Origin: Anthoceros angustus
Lineage: Eukaryota > Plantae > Anthocerotophyta
DNA length: 64,000 nucleotides
Reading direction: 5' to 3'
NCBI GenBank assembly: GCA_010909165.1
Contig: MU008185.1
Coordinates: 558,001-622,000 of the forward strand
Part shown: positions 39,051 through 51,247 of the stretch, in pieces
Layout of the letters: every line of letters begins with the position of its first letter
How positions within the stretch are numbered: the stretch's first letter is position 1
Translations under genes and position numbers: made by a program
Notes under the pieces: generated by a model
Seen by the model: the letters and a program-made list of their open reading frames with translations, nothing else
What the model was told of the DNA's origin: nothing
The model's database searches: none

Positions 39051-39399
39051 TGGAAAATCGTATAAACACGGATGCCTATATATGCCAAACATGCATGGAT
39101 GCCATATGTACGAATGGTGTGGTGGACAATCGCGAAGTTCGGTGTTTTAGGCATGTGAATGCCACATGTACACATATAGGTGGTGGGCGCAAACTCGAGT
39201 TTGTGCCCGTAAATCGGCATGCATGGCATGAGCGGTGGCATGCCCTAGGACTTGCGCCTCGCCTCCTCTTCTCCTCTTGCCCCTCTTCCCCATCACCACA
39301 GGTTACCTCACCGCCCTTGTCGGCCGCCGTCGCCGGAGTTCCTGTTCACTTTGTCGCGGTTATCGGTTGTGCATGCGGGACTCGGTTGGCCTTCCTCGA

Positions 39400-41150
39400 C
39401 CATGGTTTGGGACGTTGACTTTGAGGATTTGGTCCGCTTAAGCTCGAACAACGCCAATCCGCGGATGTCGGTGCCCATAACGCCGCCGGAAGGAGGAGGT
39501 GGGGGCCCATCGACAGGCTTGCGCCCAGCTCGAGAGGAGAATCTTGAAGCCGGAAAATGGTCCAGAAGGGACTTGGCGCAGGCGAGGCAAGCGGCGGATG
39601 GAAGCACGGCGGATGGTGGAAGCGGCAAGTGAGGTGGGCGCGGTCGTGGAAAGCCGATTCCACAAGTGGAGGGTGGATGCCCATGGCGTGGAGCGGGAAG
39701 CGGCGAGAGGTGGAGGTGCGGAGGAGAACCTTCACAGTGGAGTCTGCAGAGGCGGGCGATGCTCGTGGCGGCGGAAGAGTGGGTGTCTCCAACAGGTGGG
39801 GAGCTAACGCTACTGCTTTGTTTCTGAGAGATTCCAAAGGCGGAGGAGGGATGCCGGGCGCGACATCCGGAGGGAACGAGGACATTGGCCTTAGTCCGGA
39901 GCTTGAGGGTGTCCAACTTGAGGAGCATGGTGGTGGTGCACAAGAGGGTGACCACATGGGCTGCCGAGAGAGATGGCATACGTTTGTGGACCTTCGCTCG
40001 GTGGCGGCGGACAACCCCAACAACGTGGCGGAGGGAGCCTTTGGAGGAGGAGACTCCTGCGGTGGGAGTGGGCGTCGCTGGTGGGCGTTGCGGAGGAGGG
40101 CCAAGGAGCGCATGCCTATGATGGTGAGGAGGGCGGTGAGGAGGAGGACACCAGTGAGGATGGGGAGGCGGAGCGAGGAGGAAGATGTGGAGATGGCGGA
40201 TGCCGAGGTCGAGGAAGACATGCCGACTACATTGCCAGACATGAAATTGGAGAATTGACACACGGCGGTAAGCCATTAGAGCGATGTCATAGCCGTGTTG
40301 TGCAGCTACATGGGCGTGGTGTACATGGGCGTGAGCGGTTGCGGAGGAGGGCCAAGGAGCGCATGCCTATGATGGTGAGGAGGGCGGTGAGGAGGAGGAC
40401 ACCTAGCGAGGATGGGGAGAGCGGGAGCGAGGAGGAAGATGTGGAGATGGCGGATGCCGAGGTCGAGGAAGACATGCCGACTACATTGCCAGACATGAAA
40501 TTGGAGAATTGACGGAGCACACGGCCGGTAAGCCATTAGACGATGTCATAGCCGTGGTGTGCTACATGGGCGTGGTGTACATGGCGTGAGTTATGCGATG
40601 GAGGGTGGATAGAGAATGAGGAGGAGGATGAAGAGTCGTCCGATGAGGAAGGACGAGTGAGGAAGGCCTTCCACCGGTGTGTTGGAGCTAGTGTGTGCAA
40701 AATGGAGTGATGGTGCCATGGTCGAGCCACGAAAGTTTGCGAGAAAGACGGTGAGGAAGGTAGAGTATGAGTTTGCAAGTATAGAGCGCGAGGATATTGT
40801 GGCCGGGTTTGCGGTGCATCGCGGACAAGGAACCACAATGTGGGCAAGAAGGTGCGGCAAGGCAATTACGGAGGAGAAGGGAAGGATGCAAAATGGTTGC
40901 ATCCGCCTAATGTGAGCACGAAGGCATGGAGAAAGGCTGCGGCAAGCCGTGGTGACGTTGCAAGCATGGGGTGTGTGGCCAACACCACAAAAGCGTGCAG
41001 AAGAATTGCGGCACGAGCATGGGACGAATCCCTTTGGTCCAGGAGCAAAGGAGTTCGAGAAACGGTATGTCCAACGGGGAGGGAGCGCAACTGGATGAGT
41101 TGAAGTGGGCAGCAAGGCATGGATTGGACATCTTAGATCTTGGAGTAAGT
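39400..41150 (+). pseudogene. Second TnpA-like gene of the CACTA element on the opposite strand, frameshifted
   Basis: Acidic/G-rich N-terminal part (with a 240-bp duplication, 40090/40335), then WLHPPNVSTKAW...HGTNPFGPG..EFEKRY...LDELKW. Similar by eye to the NPWGKGG..FE...PTEEEAVW core at ~29250-29340. Confidence 0.45.
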
Positions 41151-42324
41151 GATAGTCGTTGTGATTAATGGAATGCTTGGTTGTGATATGTAGGTTTCGC
41201 TATGTAGGACGTGAGTGATCGTGTGCATGATGCAGGGAAGAAGGGAAGGAAAACGGTGGAAGGTGAAGGCCAGTCGTGAAGGAAGGCACAGAACCCAGTG
41301 GAGAGAAGGAAGATGGAGGGGAAGGTGCCAAGCAGGGAGCGTCACCGTCAAGTGATGCCGGAGGCAACGTGGATGGTGGGGATCACGGAGGTGTGATGGC
41401 GTGCCACGACAAGGCGATCACACGATCCGTGTCAAAAGCGTGAGTAGGGTGGCAACCCGGATCCGAGAGATTGAATGCTATTCGTTTGCTAATTGTGGAA
41501 GTGGTGATTTGGCAGCCTATGGGGCCGAGTGAAGGGCTAGCCATTGAGGCTAGTGGGTCGAATGCCCCACGGAAGGTGGACCACACCAGGGGAACGAGGA
41601 GGTTGAGCGAAGAGGGTCAAGCAAAAGACAACGGGTGTTGAAGCTGCAAGAGGAGTCTGAGTCGGACGGTGGCGAAGGGGTGTAGGCGCAAGTGACATAG
41701 GAATGGTTGGTACCAGTCTATGGGTAGGGGGCCGTTTGTGGAGGGGGAATGTAAATGGTCAGAGATGTTTTCCTGCGGACGATGGAGTCGCCAGTGCATG
41801 GGTGGACCGGTGATGGTCAATTAGCAACAAACAAGAGGGAATTGGTCTGCCCACCTTTGTAGCCTGGCATTGACATAGTCAGTGAAAGTGGTTATAGAGG
41901 TCATTTGGATAGGTGTAGGAAGATGTGGAGGAACCCCGAAACCATTGGTGTTGGTCTGAAGAGTCACCAAGTGACGTCGCGTCGCTTCAGTTCAGAGGCA
42001 CATGTTGGTGGTGCACGCCAGACGCATATGCCCATATCACGTGGAGTTCGTATTGCATCAGTGGAAACAAAGGTGGAAGGGATAGAGGACGATTGAAGTG
42101 TCCAAAAAATTTGATTTAAATTGTCAATAAAATCAAACACTTAGATATGTAAGGTATGAGAGTGACGTAAGGGTTAGCACATATATATTATTATATAAAC
42201 AAGTCTTGATGCCTATATACGTGCGTATACGTATACAAAGAGGCATGTAAATACACTAATATAATAGAAGTATAACAGATGGATGTGTACATATAAAGCG
42301 TACACATACTTATGTCTTGAAGCC

Positions 42325-43495
42325 TACAAACATATATATGTATATTGAGTATATGCAAAGGAGGTAAAAGGAAGGAAGGACAAGAGAGAGAGGTCATTGT
42401 AACAAGCAAGTTGAAAGAGGAATAGTGGAAGAGTATAAAATGGTGTGATAGGGGAGGTCCTTCTCACATGAAGGAGGAGGAGAAGTGAAAGAGTATAAAA
42501 GGGTGTGATAAGGGGGCAATAAATAGGAGGGTGAGGGAGAGGAGAGAGACCAAGTATTGTGTTAAGATGGGGTGAGAAGGTGGATAAGAAAAGGACACCT
42601 TGAACACCAAGCCACCATAAAGTGTTGCAATATTGAAGTGGTACATGAAGTGAGAGACCAAGCATTGTGTTAGGATGGTGGGAGAAGGAAGAGAAAGAAT
42701 GGACCAACTTAACACCAAGCCATCAAACCATCTTTGGAAGTTGGAAGTGGAAATTATTAACAATGCTTGTGAGAGAGGGGTGTACCGGAAGGGGAGGGGG
42801 AAGAGATAGTGTCGTTCGTGTTAAGATGCGGCAAGCGGCGGAACTAACAAACTTAATACCAACCCTCCAAAACATGTTGCAATGTGGAAGTGTAACAAAA
42901 ATTGCAACATCCAACATATATATGTATATTGAGTATATGCAAAGGAGGTAAAAGGAAGGAAGGACAGAAGGAGAGAGGTCATTGTAACAAGCAAGTTGAA
43001 AGAGGAATAGTGGAAGAGTATAAAATGGTCGTGATAGGGGAGGTCCTTCTCACACCATGAAGGAGGAGGAGAAGTGAAAGAGTATAAAAGGGTGTGATAA
43101 GGGGCAATAAATAGGAGGGTGAGGTGAGAGGAGAGAGACCAAGTATTGTGTTAAGATGGGGTGAGAAGTGGATAAGAAAAGGACACCTTGAACACCAAGC
43201 CACCATAAAGTGTTGCAATATTGAAGTGGTACATGAAGTGAGAGACCAAGCATTGTGTTAGGATGGTGGGAGAAGGAAGAGAAAGAATGGACCAACTTAA
43301 CACCAAGCCATCAAACCATGCCGGAAGTTGGAAGTGGAAATTATTAACAATGCTTGTGAGAGAGGGGTACCTAAGGGAGGGGGAAGAGATAGTCGTGTTA
43401 AGATGGCGCACCAAACGGGACAGAACTAACAAACTTAATACCAACCCTCCAAAACATGTTGCAATGTGGAAGTGTAACAAAAAATTGCAACATCC
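42325..43495. repeat. ~590-bp tandem duplication of the right subterminal region of the CACTA element
   Basis: AACATATATATGTATATTGAGTATATGCAAAGGAGG... begins at ~42329 and again at ~42913; both copies end in AAAATTGCAACATCCA. Confidence 0.85.
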
Positions 43496-44307
43496 ACTGT
43501 AACATAGGGTGCCCTTTTCTAGTAGGGGGGACAACTTCTCTACATTGGGCAGGGAACCCCAAGCCAGTAGGTGGCGTCACTTGTTCGCATGGCGACGAAA
43601 CGGGGAGACTTATATCACAACCATCTTATTAAGCAAGCAGACTAGAGCTATGTCCTCACCTTGTTTACTATGTGTCCTCAACAATTCCTTACATCAAGCA
43701 GAACCCCAACCCAACAGGTGACTAGCATGTTTTTAAGAAAAACTAAAAAATAGTTTTTCAACTCCAACTTATATCAACTATCTATCTATCCTCCCATCAT
43801 CTCTCCACTTTTTATCTCTTTCTCATTGTACCCTTCCTTGCCCCACATAACAAGTCTATTACTCCAACTCTACTATACATGGGAGCCTGGCGCTGCTGGC
43901 CAGCAAGTGTGAGCAGGGCGGCCATGGTCCTGCCCACGTCTTGGGCAGGCGCGGAGGTGCTCACACCAGCGCAGGAGGTGCCTGCAGGCGCGGGAAGTGC
44001 CCGGGCGCGGAGGTGCCGAGGCAGGCGCGGGAAGTGCCCGGGCGCGGCGCTGATGAAAAGGGTGCGGTGGCAGGCGGCCTTGAGTGCCTTGAGTGACGGC
44101 GCTGTAGCGTGGGAGGCGGGCGGGCGGGCGGGCGGTGTGCGGGGAGGCGGGCGGGCGGGCGGGCGCGGCGCCTGCAGTGGCGCGGAGGTGGCTGCCAGGC
44201 GGACCGGCCAGGTGAGTCTTGCAGGAGCGTTGTGCAGGAATGGTGCGAAAGTGGGCGCAGTGAATAAAGTGGTGCGTGCAGTACCATCAGGCGCGATTGC
44301 GGTGTGA

Positions 44308-44352
44308 GCGGGCGGGCGGGCGGGCGGGCGGGCGGGCGGGCGGGCGGGCGGG
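44308..44352. repeat. (GCGG)n microsatellite in a GC-rich block (43880-44400)
   Basis: Direct reading. Confidence 0.9.
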
Positions 44353-45256
44353 GCCGGGTGTCCTGGCTACCGGGGCCGGGCCGGGGGATGAAGGCAGGCC
44401 CGGCTGAGTAGAGTGAGGTGCGGAGTGGTCGGAGTCTGCAGGCAGGTGTGGACTACGGACTCTTCCCTTGGGTAGGTAATGCTAGGTTTTGTTTTTTCAG
44501 AGGAGTGGAGTGGAAAATAAGGCGGAAAGGAGAACAGGTGAGATCCTGGGACTACACTCCCGAGTAGGCAGAGAGGCTCGGACCGCACTTGAGCCGGCTC
44601 CTGACACTCGAGGCGGATCACGCCCGCACGTACACCACGCAAGTCCGGACTACACTCGAGTAAGTCGATAAGTCACGCCAAGCAAAGTAACAGGAGTTTG
44701 GGCGTATTTTAGGCGGGGAGGAGCCACGTGATCTGTGCTAAGAGGTGGACAGCATGGAGCACCAGACCGCAGGGTTGCCAAAGGTGGCGTTATGCAGTAT
44801 TCACGCCCGAGTCAAAGACGTCTGCACTGTAAGGCTAGAGTACGCGGCAACGTAAGGCTAGAGTACGCAAGAACGTAAGGCTAGAGTATGCACCCGTTAT
44901 GGCGGCGAAGGCGCCCATCCGCCTTCTTGGTTACTCTCGACGCCGCCACCCCTCGAGCGAAGGTCATTCTTCGTGCAACCTGTGGTTTTCGCAGCCTCGC
45001 ACTTGAACACCCCGCCTTTGCGTTGTCTCTTGCGCCCGACCATCCTGCGGTAGTAGCTTGCCTTGGCGCGAGCGACCGACCTGACGGGAGAACGAGAGTT
45101 GCTGCCTCCACCCTCGCACCAAACAACGAGAACACAAAGCAATGGGGGCCAAGAAGGCGGCGGAAGTGTGGGGGCGTAGTCCCGGAGCCCCTCAAGGTGA
45201 AGGGGAAGGTAGAAGCGGCAAGGGCGGCGCCGAGGCTGTGGACGCAATGTCCTCAA

Positions 45257-47050
45257 ATGGCTGGTTGATGCTCTGACTGGACAAAGTGTGCAGTGAGGGC
45301 GGTGGCGAAGGTCATCGTCCATTGGAACATGCTCACCAAGGTGGACCACCTTGGTGACAACCTATTGGTGTTCCTCCACACCCTACAGAGAGGGAAGAGG
45401 GCCGACTGGGGAAGAATTATCTTCGCCCGGATCAACCAGGAGGCTAGGAAGCTGCGGAGTGAGAAGCCGCCTCCATCGGCGTTATCGCCATTCCTCATCC
45501 ATGTATGGGGGCATCTCAACGTTGCTCCTGAAGGAGGGAGAGGAGGAGCGGGCGCTCGGAAGGCGCCTGGCGAGTGGTGGAGGCGAGGAGGCGGGCGGGG
45601 CCCGTCTCCTAAGGCCAAGCGGGTCCGGGAGATGATGGAGGCAATTCCGGACTCCATACACCGAACGACCGCCACTCCCCCGGGAAGTGTGGGAAGACAT
45701 TCCCGCCTCCTTCTTTGGTTCCTTCAATGAGCACCTAGAAGGGGGCGCCCAGGGAAGGCCGCGGGCGCCAACCAATGACCACTGCGGGTCCTGCAGCTCA
45801 TGAGAGCCTCGCCGGACGAGGAGGGTGGCCAAGAGGCTAAGACGGCCCCCACTGAGGGCCTGGATCCGACTGCCTACGGAGTGGTGGAGGCGGAGGAGGC
45901 GGTAAGAAGGGCAGAGCGAGATGTCGCCCAAGGAGCAGGAGGCCACTGGCAACAACCGCACCTGAGCCGCCCTGTCCCCAACCAGAGGTAGAGGGCGAGC
46001 CCAGACCCCTCACCACCTCCGAGCCCCAAGAGAAGACGGGCGGAGAAGGAGTTAGCGGCCAAGAGGGCCAAGGAGGTGGAAGGTCCGGACCAGGACACTC
46101 AGACTGAGGCGGAGGCGGCCCAAGCAAAGGCGGAGGCGGCCCGCCTCCTCCGGATCAAGAATATGGCGGTCCTTAACGGACCGGGAGATGCCCGCGCCCA
46201 CAACGGACTTCCTGGGTGCCTCCCCAGTGGCGGCCGTGGAGGAGACACGGCGGGTGTTGGCAATCGTCATGGACAGTATGCTCTGGGGCCTCTGCGAAAC
46301 GGCAGAGAGGACCCAGGAAGTAGAAGCCACCAGGAGACGAATGGTGCTGCTTGAGGGACAGGTGGAGGCGGCCCAAGCAGCCAAGAAGAAAGCGGAGTCC
46401 CTCGCGAGAATCGAGGAAGAGAAGCGCCGGGCGGCGGAGAGGGAGGTCAGGTCCGTTCAACAAGATCGGACCAAGATCCTTCAGTTGTGCGAACAGCTGA
46501 AGCAGGCGCAGGAGGCCCAAGCAAAGGCGGAGGATCTTTGCAAACCGAGGAAGTGTGAGGAGTTGGAGGAGGCCCAAGGCAAAGTGAAAGGGCTGGGGAC
46601 CTCGCCGAGACGGGCTCGGGGAGCAACACCAAGCCCGGGAGGCTTAGGTGTGAAGGGGCGCGGAGGCCAAGCCGCGGCAAATACAAACCGGGACCACTAT
46701 CAGGATCAACCGTGGAGGGAGACGGCAGACAGCGCCAACTTGAATGCCAAAATGAGCAGACAGGGAGTACCCATTGGACAAGCCGGAAGGAGAGGAGACC
46801 AAGAACCGGAGATGGAGGATCTATGGGCACAGCTGCAAGGGACGGAGGATGACAGGAGATGGAGGCCAGAAGGAGACCTTGAGGCAGCTCAAGGTACGAT
46901 TGAGCGGAACGGAGCCCTCCAAGGTATAATCGCAGCATCACGAACGGAAATAGAGCGGCTCAGGGCATGGAGGCGAGCGAGATGTCGCCAAGGAGCAGAT
47001 CGCCGAAATGGAGAAGGACTTGGATGAAGCATGAGCTGAGCTACCAGACC
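45257..47050 (+). pseudogene. TE-associated ORF (plant-transposon-protein-like domain followed by a coiled coil), frameshifted; element class unresolved
   Basis: LLVFLHTLQRGKRADWGRIIFARINQEARK...ALSPFLIHVWGHL, followed by E/A/K/R-rich heptad sequence. This pattern resembles accessory ORFs of plant TEs; no RT, integrase or transposase motif was seen. Confidence 0.4.
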
Positions 47051-47229
47051 GCCACTTTGGGAAGGAGATGGCAGGGCTTCAAGCCGCATTATGAATGGTG
47101 AGCTCTGAAGGCAGTAGAAGGTCCTGTATGGAAGGGGAACTGCGCCATGGCCGTGGGCCGGCGAACGGAGGGAGATGGAGCAGGAGGAGTTTGCAAGAAG
47201 TGATGGAGGCATCTTTATCGGATGGAAGC

Positions 47230-50200
47230 TGCGGAAGATGCGCAGGCATGGGTTAGAGGTAGGAGGAGAGCCTCCGCGGGACTCCGGGGGTCAAGGATCA
47301 TTCGATTGGGTGCTCCGCAGGTGCCAGAGCTGGGGATTGGGCTTCCAATGCCAGGGGTGAATCGTAGTCAATAATAGCCCCACCGCCGTAGACGTAGATA
47401 GAAACACGCAGGAAGGGGAGAGCCACTTGCTTGTGCAGAGTGATCTGACCATAAGCCCGAATTGGGGGTATAATAAAGGCGCTCCCTCATGACGCAATAT
47501 AAGAGGGAGATTGTCATTCTAGTAAAGGGATCTTTCTTTTGGGGTTGATGTCGCATGCGATTGCATCTTTGGGCATGGCGGGAAGCTGCGGAAGATGCGC
47601 GCATGGGTTAGAGGTAGGAGGAGAGCCTCATGGACTCGGGGTCAAGGATCATTCGATTGGGTGCTCCGCAGTGCCAGGCCCGGGGATTGGGCTTCCAATG
47701 CCAGTGGGTGAATCGTGAATAGCCCCACCGCCGTGACGTGGATAGAACACGCAGAAGGAGAGCCACTTGCTTGTGCAGTGATCGACCATAAGCCCATTGG
47801 GGTATAATAAAGGCGCTCCCTCATGACGAATATAAGAGGAGATTGTCATTCTAGTAAAGGGATCTTTCTTTTGGGGTTGATGTCGCATTGCATTTGCAGA
47901 TCTTTGTGTGTCCAGTGTTAACGCGAGTCCCAAGTCATCGAGCGCAGACTACTCAAGAGATCGATCTGTGTTCCGTGAGACCCTAACACGTGGTGGTGAG
48001 TGCAGTGGAGGACTCGGGACCCTGCCTCCAGTAGGAGCTCGGCGACCGAACCGGAGCGGACGTGGCTAGCCAGGGCTCCAGGAGGGCGGTAGAGCCCGGA
48101 CGACGACTGGAAACACGACGCGGAGGTGCTGCAGCCTATATCCGCCCGACCGTGACTTCAACTAGGCACCTTGGGTGCAGTCGAGAGCGGTAGGAGAGAT
48201 AGAGGGAGAGCGTCAAGTGAAGAGCGAACTAGTCCTTAAACGTTTGGCCATACCGGGCCTGTACGGTGATGAATCAGTGAGATATAACAGGAGTGCGAGT
48301 TTAACCAAAGTCCATGCGAGGGGGCACGAGGCGTGCGGCTCAGTTGCGCATGGAGGTGGACACAACAAGCATTACTAAGTCCTCCTCTTTCTGCCCCTAG
48401 CTGGTTGGACCCCGCCCTCGGGGTCACCCGAGCTTGCTCTTCCTGGCACCGAAATTCGACGACCACCCTTGCCTCTACCTCCAGGGTCCGAACCACTGGG
48501 TTTGTTCCCCTCCCGAGTCCGGACTTCGAGTCCATCCTTCTCCCGAGTCCACTGGGTCAGTCCTCCTCCCGAGTAGCCAAGATGCAACCCTGTGTCGTTT
48601 TTTGTTTTGAGTCGTGTTGATGCCGCACTGCACGTCCGGCTTTTGTTGTGGGTTTTCAATCAAGGCATTACGCTTGTTCATCGCCTAGCTTGCTTGGCTT
48701 TTGTTTTTGAACCTGGATGCACCTTGTTCAGGGCTCGGGCTTCTAACAATTTGGATGCAAGGGGGGGCTTAAAGCTCAAACCAAATCCGGGTTCTTTCCA
48801 CCTCTCCATTACTCTCCCATTAAGTACTTCCCATATCCCTCCCTCCACGCGGTTCCCCTCACCGCAAGATGACTTTGTTTGCGGACTTGTGTGCGAATCT
48901 GAAGCGGGAGGCGGTTGCAGTTTGTCCATTCTTGGAAGCAAATTCTTGCTAGGCAAGTGGTGGCGTTGTGCAAGCGGCAAAGGCGAGTGGTAGAGCATTT
49001 TGCCGCTATTGAGGTGAGTGCATGTGGAGGTGCACACTGTTGGATATGTGGTACGCTAAAAGGCGCAAAGTTCGTGTATCGTTCATTCTTGTGCACCTCG
49101 ATGCGGTGACACAAAGCTTTGATGCCGCCGCTATGTTCCTATGTCGCCGCTTAGCTCATCCTCGATGTTGGCAGCCCATGCCGCCGCTACTAGTCCAAAG
49201 GTCGCTAATCCGTATTGATGCCATTGCTCGTTTGCATTGATGCCATTGAAGCCGGAGGTCCGGTTTCATGCACTACTAATGCTTCTAGTTTTTAGCGTGG
49301 ATGCGTTTGAAGTCGTGAGGTTTGGTCAGACATCGCTATTGTTGATAACCCTGGTGTTGTTCCTTGCAAACCCCAAAACCGGACAATGAAGACAAGGAGT
49401 GGTTCAGCTACTAGTCCCCCTCCTCGCCCCACCGCCAGACGTAGATAGAAACACGCAGAAGGAGAGCCACTTGCTTGTGCAGAGTGATCTGACCATAAGC
49501 CCGAATTGGGGGTATAATAAAGGCGCTCCCTCATGACGCAATATAAGAGGGAGATTGTCATTCTAGTAAAGGGATCTTTCTTTTGGGGTTGATGTCGCAT
49601 TGCATTTGCAGATCTTTGTGTGTCCAGTGTTAACGCGAGTCCCAAGTCATCGAGCGGGCAGACTACTCCGAAGAGACTGATCCAGGTTCTGGTGACGGAC
49701 CCTAACACGTGGTGGTGAGTGCAGGCGTGGAGGACTCGGGACCCCTGCTCCTCCAGGGCGGGAGCTCGACGACCAGCGAACTGGAGCGGACGTGGCTAGC
49801 CAGGCTCCAGGGAGGGCGTGTAGAGCCTGGACGGGACGACCTGGGAAACACGACGCGGAGGTGCTGCAGCCTATATCCGCCCGACCGTGATTTCAACTAG
49901 GCACCTTGGTGCGATCGAGCGTAGGAGAGACAGAGGAGAGCGTCATGAAGAGCGAACTAGTCCTTAAACGTTTGGCCATACCGGGCCTGTACGGTGATGA
50001 ATCGTGAGATACAGGAGGCGAGTTTAACCAAAGTCCATGCGAGGGGGCACGTAGGGCCGTGCCCGTCAGGCTGCGCCACTGGAGGTGGACTGACAACTGC
50101 TGTTACTACTAAGTCCTCCTCTTTGCTGTCCCCTAGCGCGCTGGTTGGACCCCGTCCCTCGGGTCCGTCCGGAGCTTGCTCTTCCTGGGCTGGTCGAGCC

Positions 50201-51247
50201 TGACCCTCGACCACCCTTGCCTCTACCTCCAGGGTCCGAACTACTGGGTTTGTTCCCCCTCCCTGAGTCCGGACTTCTGAGTCCATCCTCTCCTCCTGAG
50301 TCCAGACCTCTGGGTCCGTCCTCTCCTCCTGAGTAGCCAAGATGCAACCCCAGGTCGTTTTTTTGTTTTTGAGTCAGGTGTTGATGCTGCACCAGACGTC
50401 CGGGCTTTTTTGTTGTGGGTTTTCAATTTCTGTAAGGCATTACGCTTGTTCATCGTCTAGCTTGCTTGGCTTTTGTTTTTGAACTGGATGCACCTTGTTC
50501 AGGGCTCGGGCTTCTAACAATTTGGATGCAAGGGGGGGCTTAAAGCTCAAACCAAATCCGGGTTCTTTCCACCCTCTCCCATTACTCTCCCATTAAGTAC
50601 TTCCCATATCCCTCCCTCCTTACGCCCGGTTCCTGTCTGCAAGCGATGACTTTGTTTGCGGACTTGTGTGCGAATCTGCTAGCGGGGAGGCGGTTGCAGT
50701 TTGTCCATTCTTGGAAGCAAATTCTTGCTAGGCAAGTGGTGGCGTTGTGCAAGCGGCAAAGCTGGACGAGTGGTAGAGCATTTTGCTGCTATTGAGGTGA
50801 GTGCATGTGGAGGTGCACACCTGCCTGTTGGATATGTGGCTGCTAAAAGGCGCAAAGTTCGACAGAATGTTCATTCTTGTTGTGCACCTCGACTGTGTGC
50901 AGGACACAAAGCTTTGATGCTGCTGCTATGTTCCTATGCTGCTGTTTAGCTCATCCCTGATGTTGGCAGCCCATGCCGCTGCTGCTACTAGTCCAGTGCT
51001 GCTAATCCGTATTGATGCTGCTGTTCTGGTTTGTAGCATTGATGCCATTGAAGCTGTGAGGTCTGGTTTCTGTGCACTACTACTGCTTCTCTAGTTTTTA
51101 GCGTGGATGCGTTTGAAGCTGTGAGGTTTGGTTTCTGTACACTGCTATTGTTGATAACCCTGGTGTTGTTCCTTGCAAACCCCAACAGCTGGACAATGAA
51201 GACAAGGAGTGGTTCAGGCTACTAGTCCCCCTCCTCGCCCCACCGCC
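47230..51247. repeat. Tandem duplications of TE-like sequence (~350 bp at 47230/47580; ~1.7-1.8 kb at ~47720-49435 / 49430-51247)
   Basis: CCCACCGCC...GATAGAA(A)CACGCAG... recurs at ~47380, 47722 and 49428. Long colinear match through ...CTAGTCCCCCTCCTCGCCCCACCGCC. Confidence 0.85.

Larger units (their letters stand above)
23806..43527 (-). mobile_element. Full-length CACTA (En/Spm)-superfamily DNA transposon, 19.7 kb, with CCCTA termini
   Basis: Perfect 30-bp TIRs CCCTACTAGAAAAGGGCACCCTATGTTACA (23806-23835; reverse complement 43498-43527). 3-bp TSD GGG (23803-05 / 43528-30). Subterminal TGTTGCA/TGTAACA motifs at both ends. Internal TnpD and TnpA-like coding remnants. Confidence 0.92.
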
